From positions 1 through 42,321 of the IMG/VR virus record IMGVR_UViG_3300016294_000004: a stretch of 42,321 bases of DNA; one strand, 5' to 3'. Below, in pieces: positions 25,387 to 37,629 of the stretch. Under the pieces are notes generated by a model. The model did no database searches. It was not told the DNA's origin and saw only the letters and a list, made by a program, of their open reading frames with translations. This stretch comes from a virus. Its lineage: Duplodnaviria > Caudoviricetes. How positions within the stretch are numbered: the stretch's first letter is position 1; every line of letters starts with the position of its first letter. Position numbers and translations under genes: made by a program.

Positions 25387-25925
25387 GCGGTTACTGTCCC
25401 GGCGGCGCCAGCCAGCGCCGTCATCCGGTTAGACCAGCCGTGGGCGAAGACGGCCTGCGTCGGGTCGCGCCTCACGATCGCAGCATACACCATCCGGCGG
25501 GCTTCGATCAATTTCGACGCCAGCATCACGGCCGGCTCGGCATCAATCGCAGCCAACGTCGACGGCCCGACGATGCCGTCGACCTCGCGCGGATCAAAGC
25601 CGAGGACCCGCTGCTGCAGAATCCTGACGATGCTCATGACGCCATGTTGAACCGCGCCGTCGAACACCACGAGGTCGAGCGGCGCGTCCATCTGGTCGCA
25701 GCGCGTCGGTCCCCAGTAGCGCTGCTGGTAGATCGCGGCGGTCTGCAGGTCCGAAATATAGCGCACGTCGGCGTCGGCGCAGCCGTTACGCGCGAGCCAC
25801 GCCGAGTACACGCGCTGCGTGATGCCGTGGTTGGTCGGGCCGCCCGGGTCCGCCGGGTTGTCGACGTAGCCGCCCTCTATATCCGGACGCAGCTCAAACG
25901 CGAGGCACTGGCTGAAGCGGTCCAT
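25383..25925 (-). CDS. Endolysin, glycoside hydrolase family 108 with C-terminal peptidoglycan-binding domain
   Basis: EGGYVDNPADPGGPTNHGIT, IY...YW, FDGAVQHG, DGIVGP.T and GW.NR motifs. Confidence 0.92.
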   Translation of the reverse strand: MDRFSQCLAFELRPDIEGGYVDNPADPGGPTNHGITQRVYSAWLARNGCADADVRYISDLQTAAIYQQRYWGPTRCDQMDAPLDLVVFDGAVQHGVMSIVRILQQRVLGFDPREVDGIVGPSTLAAIDAEPAVMLASKLIEARRMVYAAIVRRDPTQAVFAHGWSNRMTALAGAAGTVTA

Positions 25926-25927
25926 GA

Positions 25928-26635
25928 TCAGTTCGGCACGCAGTAGTCGAAGCGGACGTAGCCGTCGTTGGCGTTACCGCCGCGCAAGAACGCATTTGGG
26001 CCGCTGCCGCCGCCGCCCGCGCCCCACGCGCTCGTCGCCGCATCGCCACCGGTTGCGCCGTTGCCGCCGCCGAGGCCGCCGAGGCCGAAAATCGTCGACG
26101 CGCCGCCGGCTCCGCTTGGGTTCGCCGCCGAGCCCGCCCCATTTGTTCCGCCGGATGGCGCGCCGCTCGCTCCTTTGATGCCGCTGCCGCTCGTCCCTCC
26201 GCTTCCGCCGCCGTTGACGCGATGCGAACCGTTCTGCACCGGCAACGTCCCCGACGTATCGCCGACGGTGTTCGCTGCCGGTGCATTCATGCCGCCGCCT
26301 GCCGATCCGTTGCCCGGTACTGGCATTGCCGGAGACCCCTTCGCAGTGAACGGACCGCACGTCGTATCGCCGCCTGCTGATCCGACCGTGCCGCCTGATG
26401 TCGCGCCTGCGCCGCCCGCACCGATCGATCCCGTCACTGTCCCTCCCGGCGTCACTGCGAGCGGTCGAGCGATGACGATCTCGCCGCTTCCGCCGCCACC
26501 GGCCGCCGCCGATCCTGACGTGTGCGCGCCTCCGCTTCCGCCGCCGAGCATCGTGACCCACACAATAGACACGCCGCTCGGGACGTTGAACGTGTAGTTC
26601 CCTGCGCCTGTGAACTCGGTTGACTGAGTGCCCAT
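25928..26635 (-). CDS. Glycine-rich tail fibre adhesin-like protein
   Basis: F...G..TF.VP.GVS.VWV..LGGG.GG...GGGGSGE...G.DGYV pattern of glycine-rich domains. Confidence 0.7.
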   Translation of the reverse strand: MGTQSTEFTGAGNYTFNVPSGVSIVWVTMLGGGSGGAHTSGSAAAGGGGSGEIVIARPLAVTPGGTVTGSIGAGGAGATSGGTVGSAGGDTTCGPFTAKGSPAMPVPGNGSAGGGMNAPAANTVGDTSGTLPVQNGSHRVNGGGSGGTSGSGIKGASGAPSGGTNGAGSAANPSGAGGASTIFGLGGLGGGNGATGGDAATSAWGAGGGGSGPNAFLRGGNANDGYVRFDYCVPN

Positions 26636-26639
26636 CGCA

Positions 26640-28490
<1,851 letters not shown>

Positions 28491-28501
28491 CGCTTTCTCT
28501 C

Positions 28502-31500
28502 TCAGTGTGGCGCGAACAGTTCAACCGCAGCGCCGCAGGATGATTGCGAACAGGTGTTCGCTGGCGTCGCGTCACGATTCGTGACGGTGATGTAATAGTC
28601 GGTGAACGGATTCAGATTCAAGAACCCGAGCGGCGTGATCGCATAGCCGCATACGATGTCGAAGTTCGGATCCGTGCTGATGCTTTTGCCGAATGACGGG
28701 TCGACATCAGAAGTCGACACGCACGGCTGCGTGGCGACGACGGCAGTGCGCGTCGTCACTGGCCCTTGAAACTCGAAGATCGAAATGCGCTGCTGCGACT
28801 GCGGTCCGCTCGGCACCGCCGCGCCCGTCTTGAAGTGCAGCACGACGGCATCGTTCGGACCTAGCTGCGGGATCGGCACGACCGGACCGGTGATGTCCCA
28901 AGGGACTTCGATATTCACGACGTTGAAGCCGACGCACGCCGAACCGCCGCCTCCGCCCCCGCCGCCGCCTCCGCTGCCGCCGGCGACCGGGATCTGCAGC
29001 GTGGCCTTGGCGTCCATCGCACCGCCGAGATTCGCGCTGACGTAGTAAGTCGTCGACGGCAGCAGCGTCGGGAATTGCGTCGGCGACGGATTGTTCGTCA
29101 TGTAGAAGAGCAGCAGCGGCGACGTGCCCGACTGCACTGCATCCGGCGCGAGCGGCGCACCGCAGGGCGACGCGGACAGCACCGCGTTGATCGACACCGG
29201 GGTGGCGCCGGTGTTCGGGCCGAGGTTGATCTGCCCGAGCCCGGCGACCGCGACGCCGGTCGTGAACGAGATGACCCACGTGTGCGCGTCGTCGGCGCTC
29301 GCATTCGTGACCGTGGACGGCGCGGTCCCCCACGTGAACGAACTGGTCTGCTCCGGCAGGGTGCACCCGCCGGTCGGCGGCGGCGGGTCGCTGTTGTATG
29401 GAGGCTGCGGATTCAGCGGCACGTCATTGGTCGAGCCGGCCCCGTCCACGATGGTGTGCGCCTGCACGCCCAGCTTGTAGGTGCCGACCTGCCCGACCGT
29501 GACGAAGATCTGCTTTTGATTAGCGCCGAAGTCCGTCACCTGCATCGCGTGCGTGTAGGTGAAGGCCGGCGAGGCGAGCCCGGTCACGATGCGCGCGACC
29601 GTCGTGAAGGTCGAGTCCCAGATCTGGAGCACGTACTCCTCGGACGGCTCCGAGACCGGCACGTCGGTGAAGTCGACCCACTGCCCCGAGATGCGCGTGC
29701 GTCGCGTCCAGTCGATCTGCACGCTGCCGTCGAACGGGTCGCATTGCGCGCCATCGAGGAGCACCGGCGAATAGGGGCGCAGCGTCGAGCCGTCGTTGGT
29801 GAACTCGACGAAGCTCGTCGCCTGCAGCGACTGGCCCGAACTCACCGCCTTGAACAGCCGCGCCTGTCCGAGGTCCGAGTACGGCCCGTCGATGTCCAGC
29901 ACCGGCAGGATGACGAACACTTCCTGATCGGCGTGTGTCTGCATCGCCCATTCGGTGCCGCGGCGGCCGCGCAACAAGCCGGACAGCTGGAACTCGCTCG
30001 GTCCCACCTGCACGACGTTCTTGAACTGGATGATCTCGCGCCCGCACAGCGCCATATTCATGCCGTTTAGCACGGACCCCTCGGTCGCCGCCTCCGGCTG
30101 GCCGCCGCCGTTGCCGATCGTCACGTCGATGATCGTGCCTTCGTCGAACATGTTGCCGCCGCCGAAGGTCGGGATCACGCCGTTAACCACGCCGATGACG
30201 TTCGGGACACTCTCGGCGCCGATCTGGTCGTAGGTCACGCCGACGTCGATCGATTCGTACAGCGTCGCGCCGCCCCACGACTGGCCGGCGACCGTCCCGC
30301 ACATCGCGGCGTTCGGTCCGTTCTTGGTGTCGGTATCGGTCAGGAGCGGGATATTCAGCATCAACAACTCGGTCGGTTGCGTGCCGGGCGGCGGCGACGG
30401 CTTGAAGCCGCTGCCCGTCGTGCCGACCGGACCCTGCGACCAGATCGACGACAGCGCGGCGCAACCCTCGAACGCCAGCGTGCCGTCGGCCTTGTCCTTC
30501 TTCGAGATGATCCGGATCTCGTAGCCGTGCACGATGATCACATCGGTCGGCTCGAGATACCAGTACTTGCGCGGCAGGTCGAAGGTGAACGTCTCGCGCT
30601 CCGCCCACGCCTGCGTCAACAGGGTCCACGCGATGGCCGACGCGTGCTGGTCCGACAGCGTGATCGCGAGGTCGACTTTGTTCGCGAGCTGGGTCGTCTC
30701 GACCGCGATCCGGCGCGAGTACTGGGAGCCAATCTGGTAGTCGGCCGCGAGCTGCAAATAGTTGACGTTGATCTGCACCGGCAGGTCCACGTCCTGCGCG
30801 CGCTTGGCGACCACGATGGCCGGCGGCGAGCTGCCGGTGGTGTGCGCGGCGGTGTCGGTGTCGGCGATCGTCAGGGCCGGCGCCGCGCCGCGCTTGACGA
30901 ACTTCATCGTGGCGTTCGACTCGACCCCGTCGAAGTAATACGCGGCCTGCAGCGGCGTGATGTCGTCCCGGCACGCCGACTGCTGCGTGATCGCGTAGCC
31001 GTCGACAAGGTCGACCAGTGCCGTGACGTCGATCTGCCCGGTCGTCAGGCCGGCGCGGACCGAGATGTCGCTGACCACGTCGGCGAGTGTGAGCTGGCCG
31101 CCGCCGGTCGCGAGCCGGGCAAGCAGGGCGATCGTCTGGCCGCCGACGTAGCCGCAGTAGCCGATCTTGGGCGAGAACAACGACGGCAGCTCGAACGAGT
31201 CCGAGTAACCGGTGTCGATGTTCACTGGTAGCGTCGTGCCCGAAACCGGGTCGAAGTTCAGCAGGCCGGTGCTGTCGATGTAGTACATCGAGGTCATGCC
31301 GCCCTGCCGCGCTTGCCAGAAGTGCATCCCGTCGTTCTCGGCAACCATCGCTGCGAGGATGCCGACCGTTCCGAGCGCGGTCGGTCCCCACACGCCAGCG
31401 AGCGAACTGTTAACCGGGACGCCATGGATGCTGCCGGTTCCGCTCACGACGTAGTTCGTGCCGTTGTACGTGATCTTCCACCACACGGTCGGGTTCGCGC

Positions 31501-32623
31501 CGTGCGTCGGCGCAGTGAACAGAAAGAGCGTGTTCTGGTCAGACGAGATGCACGCGCCGCTGACGTACAGACCGCCAGTGACGATTGATGCGACATCGAA
31601 GCCTGCAACGATGCCAGTGCCGACGAGCGTGACCGAGCCGACCGCGATTGCCGGATCGTGCGTGCCGTCGCCGCCAGTGGGATAGAAAACTCCGGTCGAA
31701 TGGCTCTGCTGATACCAGACCGGCTGGCCGTTGAACATGCCGATCGGGAAGTAGTTCCACGATTCGTACGGCGGGAAAGTGAGCTGGAAATGCCGGCGGA
31801 TCGGGAACGCGTCGTTCGCGCCGGCCGTGTCGGTGCCGTCGCTGGTCAGGTCCTGCTTGAACAGGTCAATGGTGTTGGTCGACAGCGACCGGACGCGGAT
31901 GTCGGTGGTCGCCGCCGGCCACGCGCTGATATACGGCAGTTGCGCAGTCGGATTGTTCGCCGATTGCCACGGGCCGACCGGCGAGTTCTTCGAGACGATG
32001 TAGACCCCGACCTCGTTCGGCGCGTTCTCGACCTGCACCTCGAAGTTGAGCTGCGGCAGCGCGTTGCCGTACTGCGACAGGTCGAAGTCGGTGAACACGG
32101 CGTACGCGTAGCCGTGCATCGCCGGCACGAAGCCAACGCCGAGCACCGCCTCCATCGTCGGGTCGGGGTTCTGCGTCGTGGTGCCGAGGTACAGCGTGAC
32201 CGGGATCGGGTCGAGCGTCAAGCCACCCGGGCGCGCGTCGTAGATGATCGTGCCGTTGGCCCAGATCCGCAGGATGGCCGTGACCGGCCCCTCGGACAGG
32301 ATCACCGCGAAGGAATCGGTGTAGCTGTAGGTCGTGACTTTCGGGCCGCTGCCCTTGCCGCCGCTGGTGTGCGTGACCTTCTTCAGGTCGTCCGCCCACA
32401 TCACGACGCCGGCGACGCGCATCGTCCCGTAGATGATCGGGATCATCTTGCCGTAGTCGCTGGTCTGGACGTGCAGGTCCTTCAGCTGCGGCCCGGTCTG
32501 GCCCTTCTGGAAGAACAGCGAGCCGACGGCCGAGCCGACCGCCCAGCCAATGGCCGCGCCGGCAGGACCCCCGATCAGGAACCCGATGCCGGCGCCAACC
32601 GCACCGAGGACGAGTGATGCCAT
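28502..32623 (-). CDS. Tail tip / central baseplate protein (GTA-like, host specificity)
   Basis: GP.L.DL.VQTS.YG..IP..YGTMRVAG..MWA, GGKG, ILRIWANG, DP.MEA..G, LS.YGN.LP.L.FEV and LSGLLRGRRGTE motifs of GTA-like tail proteins; 1373 aa. Confidence 0.85.
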   Translation of the reverse strand: MASLVLGAVGAGIGFLIGGPAGAAIGWAVGSAVGSLFFQKGQTGPQLKDLHVQTSDYGKMIPIIYGTMRVAGVVMWADDLKKVTHTSGGKGSGPKVTTYSYTDSFAVILSEGPVTAILRIWANGTIIYDARPGGLTLDPIPVTLYLGTTTQNPDPTMEAVLGVGFVPAMHGYAYAVFTDFDLSQYGNALPQLNFEVQVENAPNEVGVYIVSKNSPVGPWQSANNPTAQLPYISAWPAATTDIRVRSLSTNTIDLFKQDLTSDGTDTAGANDAFPIRRHFQLTFPPYESWNYFPIGMFNGQPVWYQQSHSTGVFYPTGGDGTHDPAIAVGSVTLVGTGIVAGFDVASIVTGGLYVSGACISSDQNTLFLFTAPTHGANPTVWWKITYNGTNYVVSGTGSIHGVPVNSSLAGVWGPTALGTVGILAAMVAENDGMHFWQARQGGMTSMYYIDSTGLLNFDPVSGTTLPVNIDTGYSDSFELPSLFSPKIGYCGYVGGQTIALLARLATGGGQLTLADVVSDISVRAGLTTGQIDVTALVDLVDGYAITQQSACRDDITPLQAAYYFDGVESNATMKFVKRGAAPALTIADTDTAAHTTGSSPPAIVVAKRAQDVDLPVQINVNYLQLAADYQIGSQYSRRIAVETTQLANKVDLAITLSDQHASAIAWTLLTQAWAERETFTFDLPRKYWYLEPTDVIIVHGYEIRIISKKDKADGTLAFEGCAALSSIWSQGPVGTTGSGFKPSPPPGTQPTELLMLNIPLLTDTDTKNGPNAAMCGTVAGQSWGGATLYESIDVGVTYDQIGAESVPNVIGVVNGVIPTFGGGNMFDEGTIIDVTIGNGGGQPEAATEGSVLNGMNMALCGREIIQFKNVVQVGPSEFQLSGLLRGRRGTEWAMQTHADQEVFVILPVLDIDGPYSDLGQARLFKAVSSGQSLQATSFVEFTNDGSTLRPYSPVLLDGAQCDPFDGSVQIDWTRRTRISGQWVDFTDVPVSEPSEEYVLQIWDSTFTTVARIVTGLASPAFTYTHAMQVTDFGANQKQIFVTVGQVGTYKLGVQAHTIVDGAGSTNDVPLNPQPPYNSDPPPPTGGCTLPEQTSSFTWGTAPSTVTNASADDAHTWVISFTTGVAVAGLGQINLGPNTGATPVSINAVLSASPCGAPLAPDAVQSGTSPLLLFYMTNNPSPTQFPTLLPSTTYYVSANLGGAMDAKATLQIPVAGGSGGGGGGGGGGSACVGFNVVNIEVPWDITGPVVPIPQLGPNDAVVLHFKTGAAVPSGPQSQQRISIFEFQGPVTTRTAVVATQPCVSTSDVDPSFGKSISTDPNFDIVCGYAITPLGFLNLNPFTDYYITVTNRDATPANTCSQSSCGAAVELFAPH

Positions 32624-32624
32624 C

Positions 32625-33089
32625 TCAGCCGACGCCCTTAAGACGCCACAGCGACACGACCCGCGAGCGCCACACCCGGTCGATGCCGTTCTCCGCGACC
32701 CGGCGCGCGCTGGCGTAGCTGTGGATCATGTAGTCCGGGTTCACACCGGACAGGAAAGCGAAGTGCTGCGGCGGCGGGTTCGGGCCGGCGCCCGGGAGCC
32801 CGCGGAAGTTGAGCACGATGACGTCGCCGAGCTGGCGGTCGATCCATTCGACCGGGTTCATCCAGCGGGCACAGCCGCGGGCGATCCACTCGACCAGCGG
32901 CGCGCGGCCGTAGCCGTTGAACTCGAGCGAAGCATCGGTCAGCCAGTCATCGGTCAGGCCGGTGCTGGCGCAGACGCCGCCGATCAGGCCGATACAGTCA
33001 CAGCCCAAGCGCGAGCGGCCTTGATGCTGCCAGCGCGTACCGACCCAGCGGCGCGCTTCAGCGACGAGCGCGTCGCCGGCAACGGTCAT
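32625..33089 (-). CDS. NlpC/P60 family tail-associated peptidase
   Basis: EARRWVGT.W.HQGR...GCDCIGL...H...MIHSY. Confidence 0.88.
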   Translation of the reverse strand: MTVAGDALVAEARRWVGTRWQHQGRSRLGCDCIGLIGGVCASTGLTDDWLTDASLEFNGYGRAPLVEWIARGCARWMNPVEWIDRQLGDVIVLNFRGLPGAGPNPPPQHFAFLSGVNPDYMIHSYASARRVAENGIDRVWRSRVVSLWRLKGVG

Positions 33090-34183
33090 TGCTTGCCCGT
33101 CTGGATCATGCGGTCGATGCCCGGCAGATAGGGCTCGCCGCGGAAGTTGACCACGTTCGAGAAGCGATCGTGGCAGGTGGTCACGCTCTTGTCGCAGCCG
33201 GCGACCATGGTGTAGGCGTCCCCGACTTGCACGAGGTACGGCATCGGCATGAACAGCATCCACTGCCCCGGCACGTAGCTGCGGACCTCCATCGACAGGC
33301 CGGCGTTGTTGCCACTCGTGAACGTCATCAGTCCGAAGTCGAAGTAACCCGTCCCGGAGCCAAGCGGCGTCGCCGTGCCGCTGTTGGTCGTATAGGTGCT
33401 GAAGGACGACGTGTCGATTGACAGGTCAAACTGGGTCTTGGCCGTGTTCGGGTTGTTGAACGTCTGGACCGCGTTGATCTGCGTCATGCCGAGGCAACCA
33501 CTGAATGTGACCGGGGAGCCGGGCGCAATGTTGAGCGCCGCGGCCAGCGTGACGTGACCGGGGTTCGCCTTGGTGACGGTCTGGATGACGACGCCGCCGG
33601 ACGGCCCGGGTTCGGTGCGCGCCGTGTCATACATCGTCTGGTTGTCCGCGCCGACGCCGGTCAGCGTGCTGGTCACTGTGAACGGCGTCAGGTCGACCTG
33701 ACAGAACGAGTCGCCGAGATTGTTGCGGCACGATGGCGACGTGAGCTGGCCGATGATGCGCGAGTACGCCTGCGTCAGACCGCGCAGCTCGGCCTTGAAG
33801 AAGCCGCGGTCGGCGCTGACCTCGCCGATCCAACCGGTCCGGAGGACCATGTTGCCCATCGTCAGGTCGGCCCAGTTGACGATGAAGATCTCGACCGCGG
33901 CGTGGTCCCACAGGCCCGCGGCGAGGTCGGCCTCGACGATGTTCGGCAGCACGAGCGGCCCTTCGACCTCGAGGTTATCGACCGAGAGATCGCCGCGCCC
34001 TTCGATGTCGCTGCGCGAATAAGCCGTCGTCGGGACGTACGTGACGCCGCCGAAGGTGATCGGCTGATCGTGATCAGTGAACCCGAGAACCGTGCTGTCC
34101 AGCCGCGTGATCTTCCAACAGGTCGAGACGGTCTGGTACGGCTGCGCCAGATGCGCCTTGAGCGCGACGCTGATCGGGATCAC
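33086..34183 (-). CDS. Baseplate hub protein (DUF2163 / TIGR02218-like) with an inserted beta domain
   Basis: CWKITR.D...GFTDHD...DL.AG.WD.A...C...LGD..C...GCDK...TC..RF.N.VNFRGEP..PG. Confidence 0.85.
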   Translation of the reverse strand: MIPISVALKAHLAQPYQTVSTCWKITRLDSTVLGFTDHDQPITFGGVTYVPTTAYSRSDIEGRGDLSVDNLEVEGPLVLPNIVEADLAAGLWDHAAVEIFIVNWADLTMGNMVLRTGWIGEVSADRGFFKAELRGLTQAYSRIIGQLTSPSCRNNLGDSFCQVDLTPFTVTSTLTGVGADNQTMYDTARTEPGPSGGVVIQTVTKANPGHVTLAAALNIAPGSPVTFSGCLGMTQINAVQTFNNPNTAKTQFDLSIDTSSFSTYTTNSGTATPLGSGTGYFDFGLMTFTSGNNAGLSMEVRSYVPGQWMLFMPMPYLVQVGDAYTMVAGCDKSVTTCHDRFSNVVNFRGEPYLPGIDRMIQTGKQ

Positions 34184-34770
34184 GACAGGTTCCGCAGCTC
34201 GATCAGCCGGAGCATCTGCCAGTCGAACAGCGCCCCGGTCGAATCGACCATCATCTGCGACAGGTCGTCTTCGAACCGGACCGGGATGTCGAACGCGCCG
34301 GTCCACGCGGTCGGCGTGCCGCTGCTGACCGTGACGATGCCGGTCGTGTAGTCGACGCTGACGCCGCTGCCGCCGGTGACAACGATCGGGGAGACCGGCT
34401 TCAGGATCGTGCGGTCGAACGTCGTCGAGCCGACCGTATAGCGCTTCACGCACTGGAAGTGCGTCGCGTCAATCATCGAAAACTTGCCGCCGCCTTCGTC
34501 GAGGTAGTCGAAGTAGTCCTTCATGCGAAAGCCACCGAGCTGCCCCATCACAACCATCCACAGATTGCGGAGCGCGGTGTAGTAGTAGGCGCTGTTCGAG
34601 TTCAGCGCCTGCTGCGCGTCGTCGCACTGCCAGCGGCCCTTGGGCTGCGCCCACGCGGCGTTCCGGTACTCCTGCCCGCCATACGTCTCGACCACGATCG
34701 TCTGCCATCCGGAGCCCCCCTTCATCCAGCGCGCGATGTTGTCCGGGAACCGCGGCGTCTCGATGAACAT
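34180..34770 (-). CDS. Distal tail protein (DUF2460 / TIGR02217-like)
   Basis: RFP..I....GG..W.T.VV....G.E.RN..W...G...GFR.KD..D...FD.PVRF..D. Confidence 0.85.
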   Translation of the reverse strand: MFIETPRFPDNIARWMKGGSGWQTIVVETYGGQEYRNAAWAQPKGRWQCDDAQQALNSNSAYYYTALRNLWMVVMGQLGGFRMKDYFDYLDEGGGKFSMIDATHFQCVKRYTVGSTTFDRTILKPVSPIVVTGGSGVSVDYTTGIVTVSSGTPTAWTGAFDIPVRFEDDLSQMMVDSTGALFDWQMLRLIELRNLS

Positions 34771-34772
34771 GG

Positions 34773-37361
34773 TCAGATCCTCGACACCACGCGATTGACG
34801 CTGCGCGCGGACTCGGCCGCGATCTGCGCCTGCGTGCGCCCGTCGACCGTGCCGTCGACGTGGAAGTGGTTGTTGACGACGACCGGGCCTGCCTTGTACG
34901 CGCCGGTGCGATTGTCGACCGCCGGGACGACACGCTCGCCTTTGTGCACAACCGCCAGCATGTCGCGCGGGATATACGGGCTGCCGGAGGCGTAGAACGG
35001 GATCCCGGCCATCGCGAGGAAGCCCATCGGGTCTGACATGCCGACGACATCAGTCGCGCCGCCGAGCAAGCTGCTGAAGATGCTGCCTGCGCCGCCCATG
35101 CCGCCCGCTGCAAGCTGCGATTCAATCGCCGCCGTCAGCGCTGTCACCGCTGTCGTGTTCGCTGTCGTCGCAGTCACTTGCGCCGTATTGCCTGCGCCGC
35201 CGCCGAAGATGCCGGCGATCTTGTTCAACATGTCGCCGCCCGCGGTCCCGGCGCCGAAGAACTGCTGGATGATCGCCTGCGACGCGATCTTGTTCAGCGA
35301 CGCCACAATCGAGTTCGCAGCATCGAGGAAAGTCTGCTTCCAGTTCTTAGTGTTCGTGATCAGCTTGTCGAGTGTGTCGACCATGGTGGACTCGAGCGCC
35401 TGCCGCACCTGCAGCGCGTACTGCTGGCGGTCAAGCTCGGCCGCGTTGTCGATCTTGGTCAGCTCGGCCTGATAAGTGCGCTCCAGACCTAGTAGCTTGG
35501 CGTGGATCTCCTCGCGCTGGACGATGGTCAAGTTCTGATCGAGTAGCTGCTGCTCCAGCGCGGCGCGGTCGATCTCGTACAGTTGCGCCGTGTACTCGCG
35601 CTCGGCTGCCAGCTGCTGCTGTTTGCTGATCTGGAACAGCGCCACGCCCTGCTGGAGACCGGCCCGCGCCTGCTCCAGCTCAAACTTGCTCGCGTCGATT
35701 ACTTCCTGCGCCGCGATCTTGGCGACCTGTGCGTGCTGGGCCGCCCATTGCTGGTCGATCTTGATGCGCTCGGCAACCGCCGCCTTGTATTGGCGCGAGT
35801 TCGCGCCGTAGATCGACGCGAGATAGGCGAGCAGTTCATCAGCGATGCGCTTCTGCTCGCCCTCGTTGTTCTTCGCCGCTTCGATTTGCAGCTTGAAGTC
35901 TTCGACGGTCAGCGCGACTTGCTCCTGCGCAACCGCCTTGACCGCGGTGTAGAACATCTTGTAGGCGGCCGCGTACTCCTTCGATCCCTTCTGGACGAGC
36001 GCCAGTTTGCCCGCCCAGAACGACGCCTCCTGCGCCATCGACCATTCGCTGAACAGGCCCTGCTGGAGCTTGATCTCTTCGAGTTCTTGCCGCCACTGGG
36101 CAACGATGTCCGCGCCGCCACCCTTGGGTTTCGGCGAGAACCGCTCGGTGCCGCCGGCGGCCGTAGCGCCGCCGCCCTTCTTGGCCGTGACCGTGTCGTC
36201 GAGTAGACTGGCGATACGCTTACTCGACTCGCTGACGATCCCTTCGATCGCTGCCGTGCCTGCCTTGGCGTCCGCGACCATCCGGTTCCAGCCGCGCTTG
36301 GCGGCGTCAGCCGCGCCCTCGAAGTCCAGATGGAGGAGCGCCGCGCCGATGTCGAAGAACGCCTGCTCGGCGTCGGCTATGGTCTTGACCAGCGCGATCC
36401 ACGCTTCGATCATGATCCGGATGCCGGCGACCAGCGTTTCGCCGATGATCAGGAAGCCCTTGATTGCGTTCAGGAGCGCCGTCACCGCCTGCGGTCCGAT
36501 CTCGCCGAAGTAGCGCGCCAGCCGCTCGAGGGACGGCAGCACCGCTTCGCCGATCTTGTCGGCCAGCGCACCCAGCCCGACTTGGAAGGCGTTCACCTCG
36601 ACCCGGTAGTTTTCGAGCCGGTCGATCTTGTCCGGCCCCATTTCGATGTTGTACTCCTCCTGCAGCTGCTTGGCGCGTTCCTGCACCCGATTCAGGCGCT
36701 CCATGTCGGTCGCGAAGTCCTTCGCGTTGCGCCCGACCGCTTCCAGTGCGAACATCTGCTGGTCGGTGCCGACCTTGAAGTCGAGCATCCGCTTGTAGAC
36801 GTTCTGCATGATCTGCTCCATCGGCAGGAAGCTGCCGGTGGCGTCCTTAACCTTCACTCCGAGCCGGTCGAACTCGTCGCCCTGCGTCAGCAGCCGGCGC
36901 CCGACCCGCATCGCCATCTGCTCGAATGCCCCGGCGTCCACGCCGGCCAGCTTGAGTGCGATGCCGAAGGTGGTCGCCCGGTCGGCGGTCATGCCGAGCG
37001 TGATCATCAGCCCGCGTACCGTGTCCTCGAACGCCAGCGTCTCCTTGATCGCCTCGCCGAACAGCGCGCCGCCGCCGAGCGCCAGCGTCAGGCTGCCGAG
37101 TACGCCGCGGAACCGCTCGACCACGCCGGCGACGCCGTCGAAGCCCTCCTTGACCGAGCCTTTCAGCTCGAGGAACGAGCGCGACAGGTCGGCGTTGTTC
37201 TTGAGCGCCTGCGCGGTGTCGGTCTTGTGCTTGGTCGTAAACGCCGCGAGGGCGCTCGAGATCTGGGCGAGGGACGCGGCGATGCTCTTCGCCGCCTCGT
37301 CCATCGACGACGTCGCGCCGCTGACGTCGGCGCCTAGTCTGACCTCGACACCTTCAGCCAC
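34773..37361 (-). CDS. Tape measure protein
   Basis: 862 aa Ala-rich helical protein with C-terminal ASG..YIP.DM.A.VH.GERV.P; lies between the tail chaperones and the distal tail gene. Confidence 0.85.
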   Translation of the reverse strand: MAEGVEVRLGADVSGATSSMDEAAKSIAASLAQISSALAAFTTKHKTDTAQALKNNADLSRSFLELKGSVKEGFDGVAGVVERFRGVLGSLTLALGGGALFGEAIKETLAFEDTVRGLMITLGMTADRATTFGIALKLAGVDAGAFEQMAMRVGRRLLTQGDEFDRLGVKVKDATGSFLPMEQIMQNVYKRMLDFKVGTDQQMFALEAVGRNAKDFATDMERLNRVQERAKQLQEEYNIEMGPDKIDRLENYRVEVNAFQVGLGALADKIGEAVLPSLERLARYFGEIGPQAVTALLNAIKGFLIIGETLVAGIRIMIEAWIALVKTIADAEQAFFDIGAALLHLDFEGAADAAKRGWNRMVADAKAGTAAIEGIVSESSKRIASLLDDTVTAKKGGGATAAGGTERFSPKPKGGGADIVAQWRQELEEIKLQQGLFSEWSMAQEASFWAGKLALVQKGSKEYAAAYKMFYTAVKAVAQEQVALTVEDFKLQIEAAKNNEGEQKRIADELLAYLASIYGANSRQYKAAVAERIKIDQQWAAQHAQVAKIAAQEVIDASKFELEQARAGLQQGVALFQISKQQQLAAEREYTAQLYEIDRAALEQQLLDQNLTIVQREEIHAKLLGLERTYQAELTKIDNAAELDRQQYALQVRQALESTMVDTLDKLITNTKNWKQTFLDAANSIVASLNKIASQAIIQQFFGAGTAGGDMLNKIAGIFGGGAGNTAQVTATTANTTAVTALTAAIESQLAAGGMGGAGSIFSSLLGGATDVVGMSDPMGFLAMAGIPFYASGSPYIPRDMLAVVHKGERVVPAVDNRTGAYKAGPVVVNNHFHVDGTVDGRTQAQIAAESARSVNRVVSRI

Positions 37362-37629
37362 GACCAGCGATCCGCTTTGGCCGCACCGGCAGGCTCATGA
37401 TCTCGGCCTCCTGCTGGAGCTTCTGTTCATCGATGGACGGCTTCCGCTCGAGCCACGCGGCGGCCGTGGCGATGTGCGTCGGCGGGTGCCGGTCGTAGTG
37501 CTGCATCATGGCGCGCAGACGCGGGAGCGTCAGGAACTCACCGATATACTCCCACGTCCACCCCGTAGCCGCCGCGAGGTAGGCGTACACGTCCGGCCAA
37601 TCTACGGGCTTGGCCGGGGTGTCTCCCCC
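37354..37629 (-). CDS. Tail assembly chaperone, GT-type extension (probably via -1 frameshift)
   Basis: The frame DWPDVYAYL...GWTWEYI...LTLPRL...PP has no own start or RBS and overlaps the end of the upstream chaperone in the -1 frame. Confidence 0.65.
   Translation of the reverse strand, partial: GGDTPAKPVDWPDVYAYLAAATGWTWEYIGEFLTLPRLRAMMQHYDRHPPTHIATAAAWLERKPSIDEQKLQQEAEIMSLPVRPKRIAGRG

Noticed and set aside
28502-34770. Gene transfer agent
   Set aside because: Only the tail tip is GTA-like. The element is circular and has its own replication, recombination and nucleotide-modification genes.
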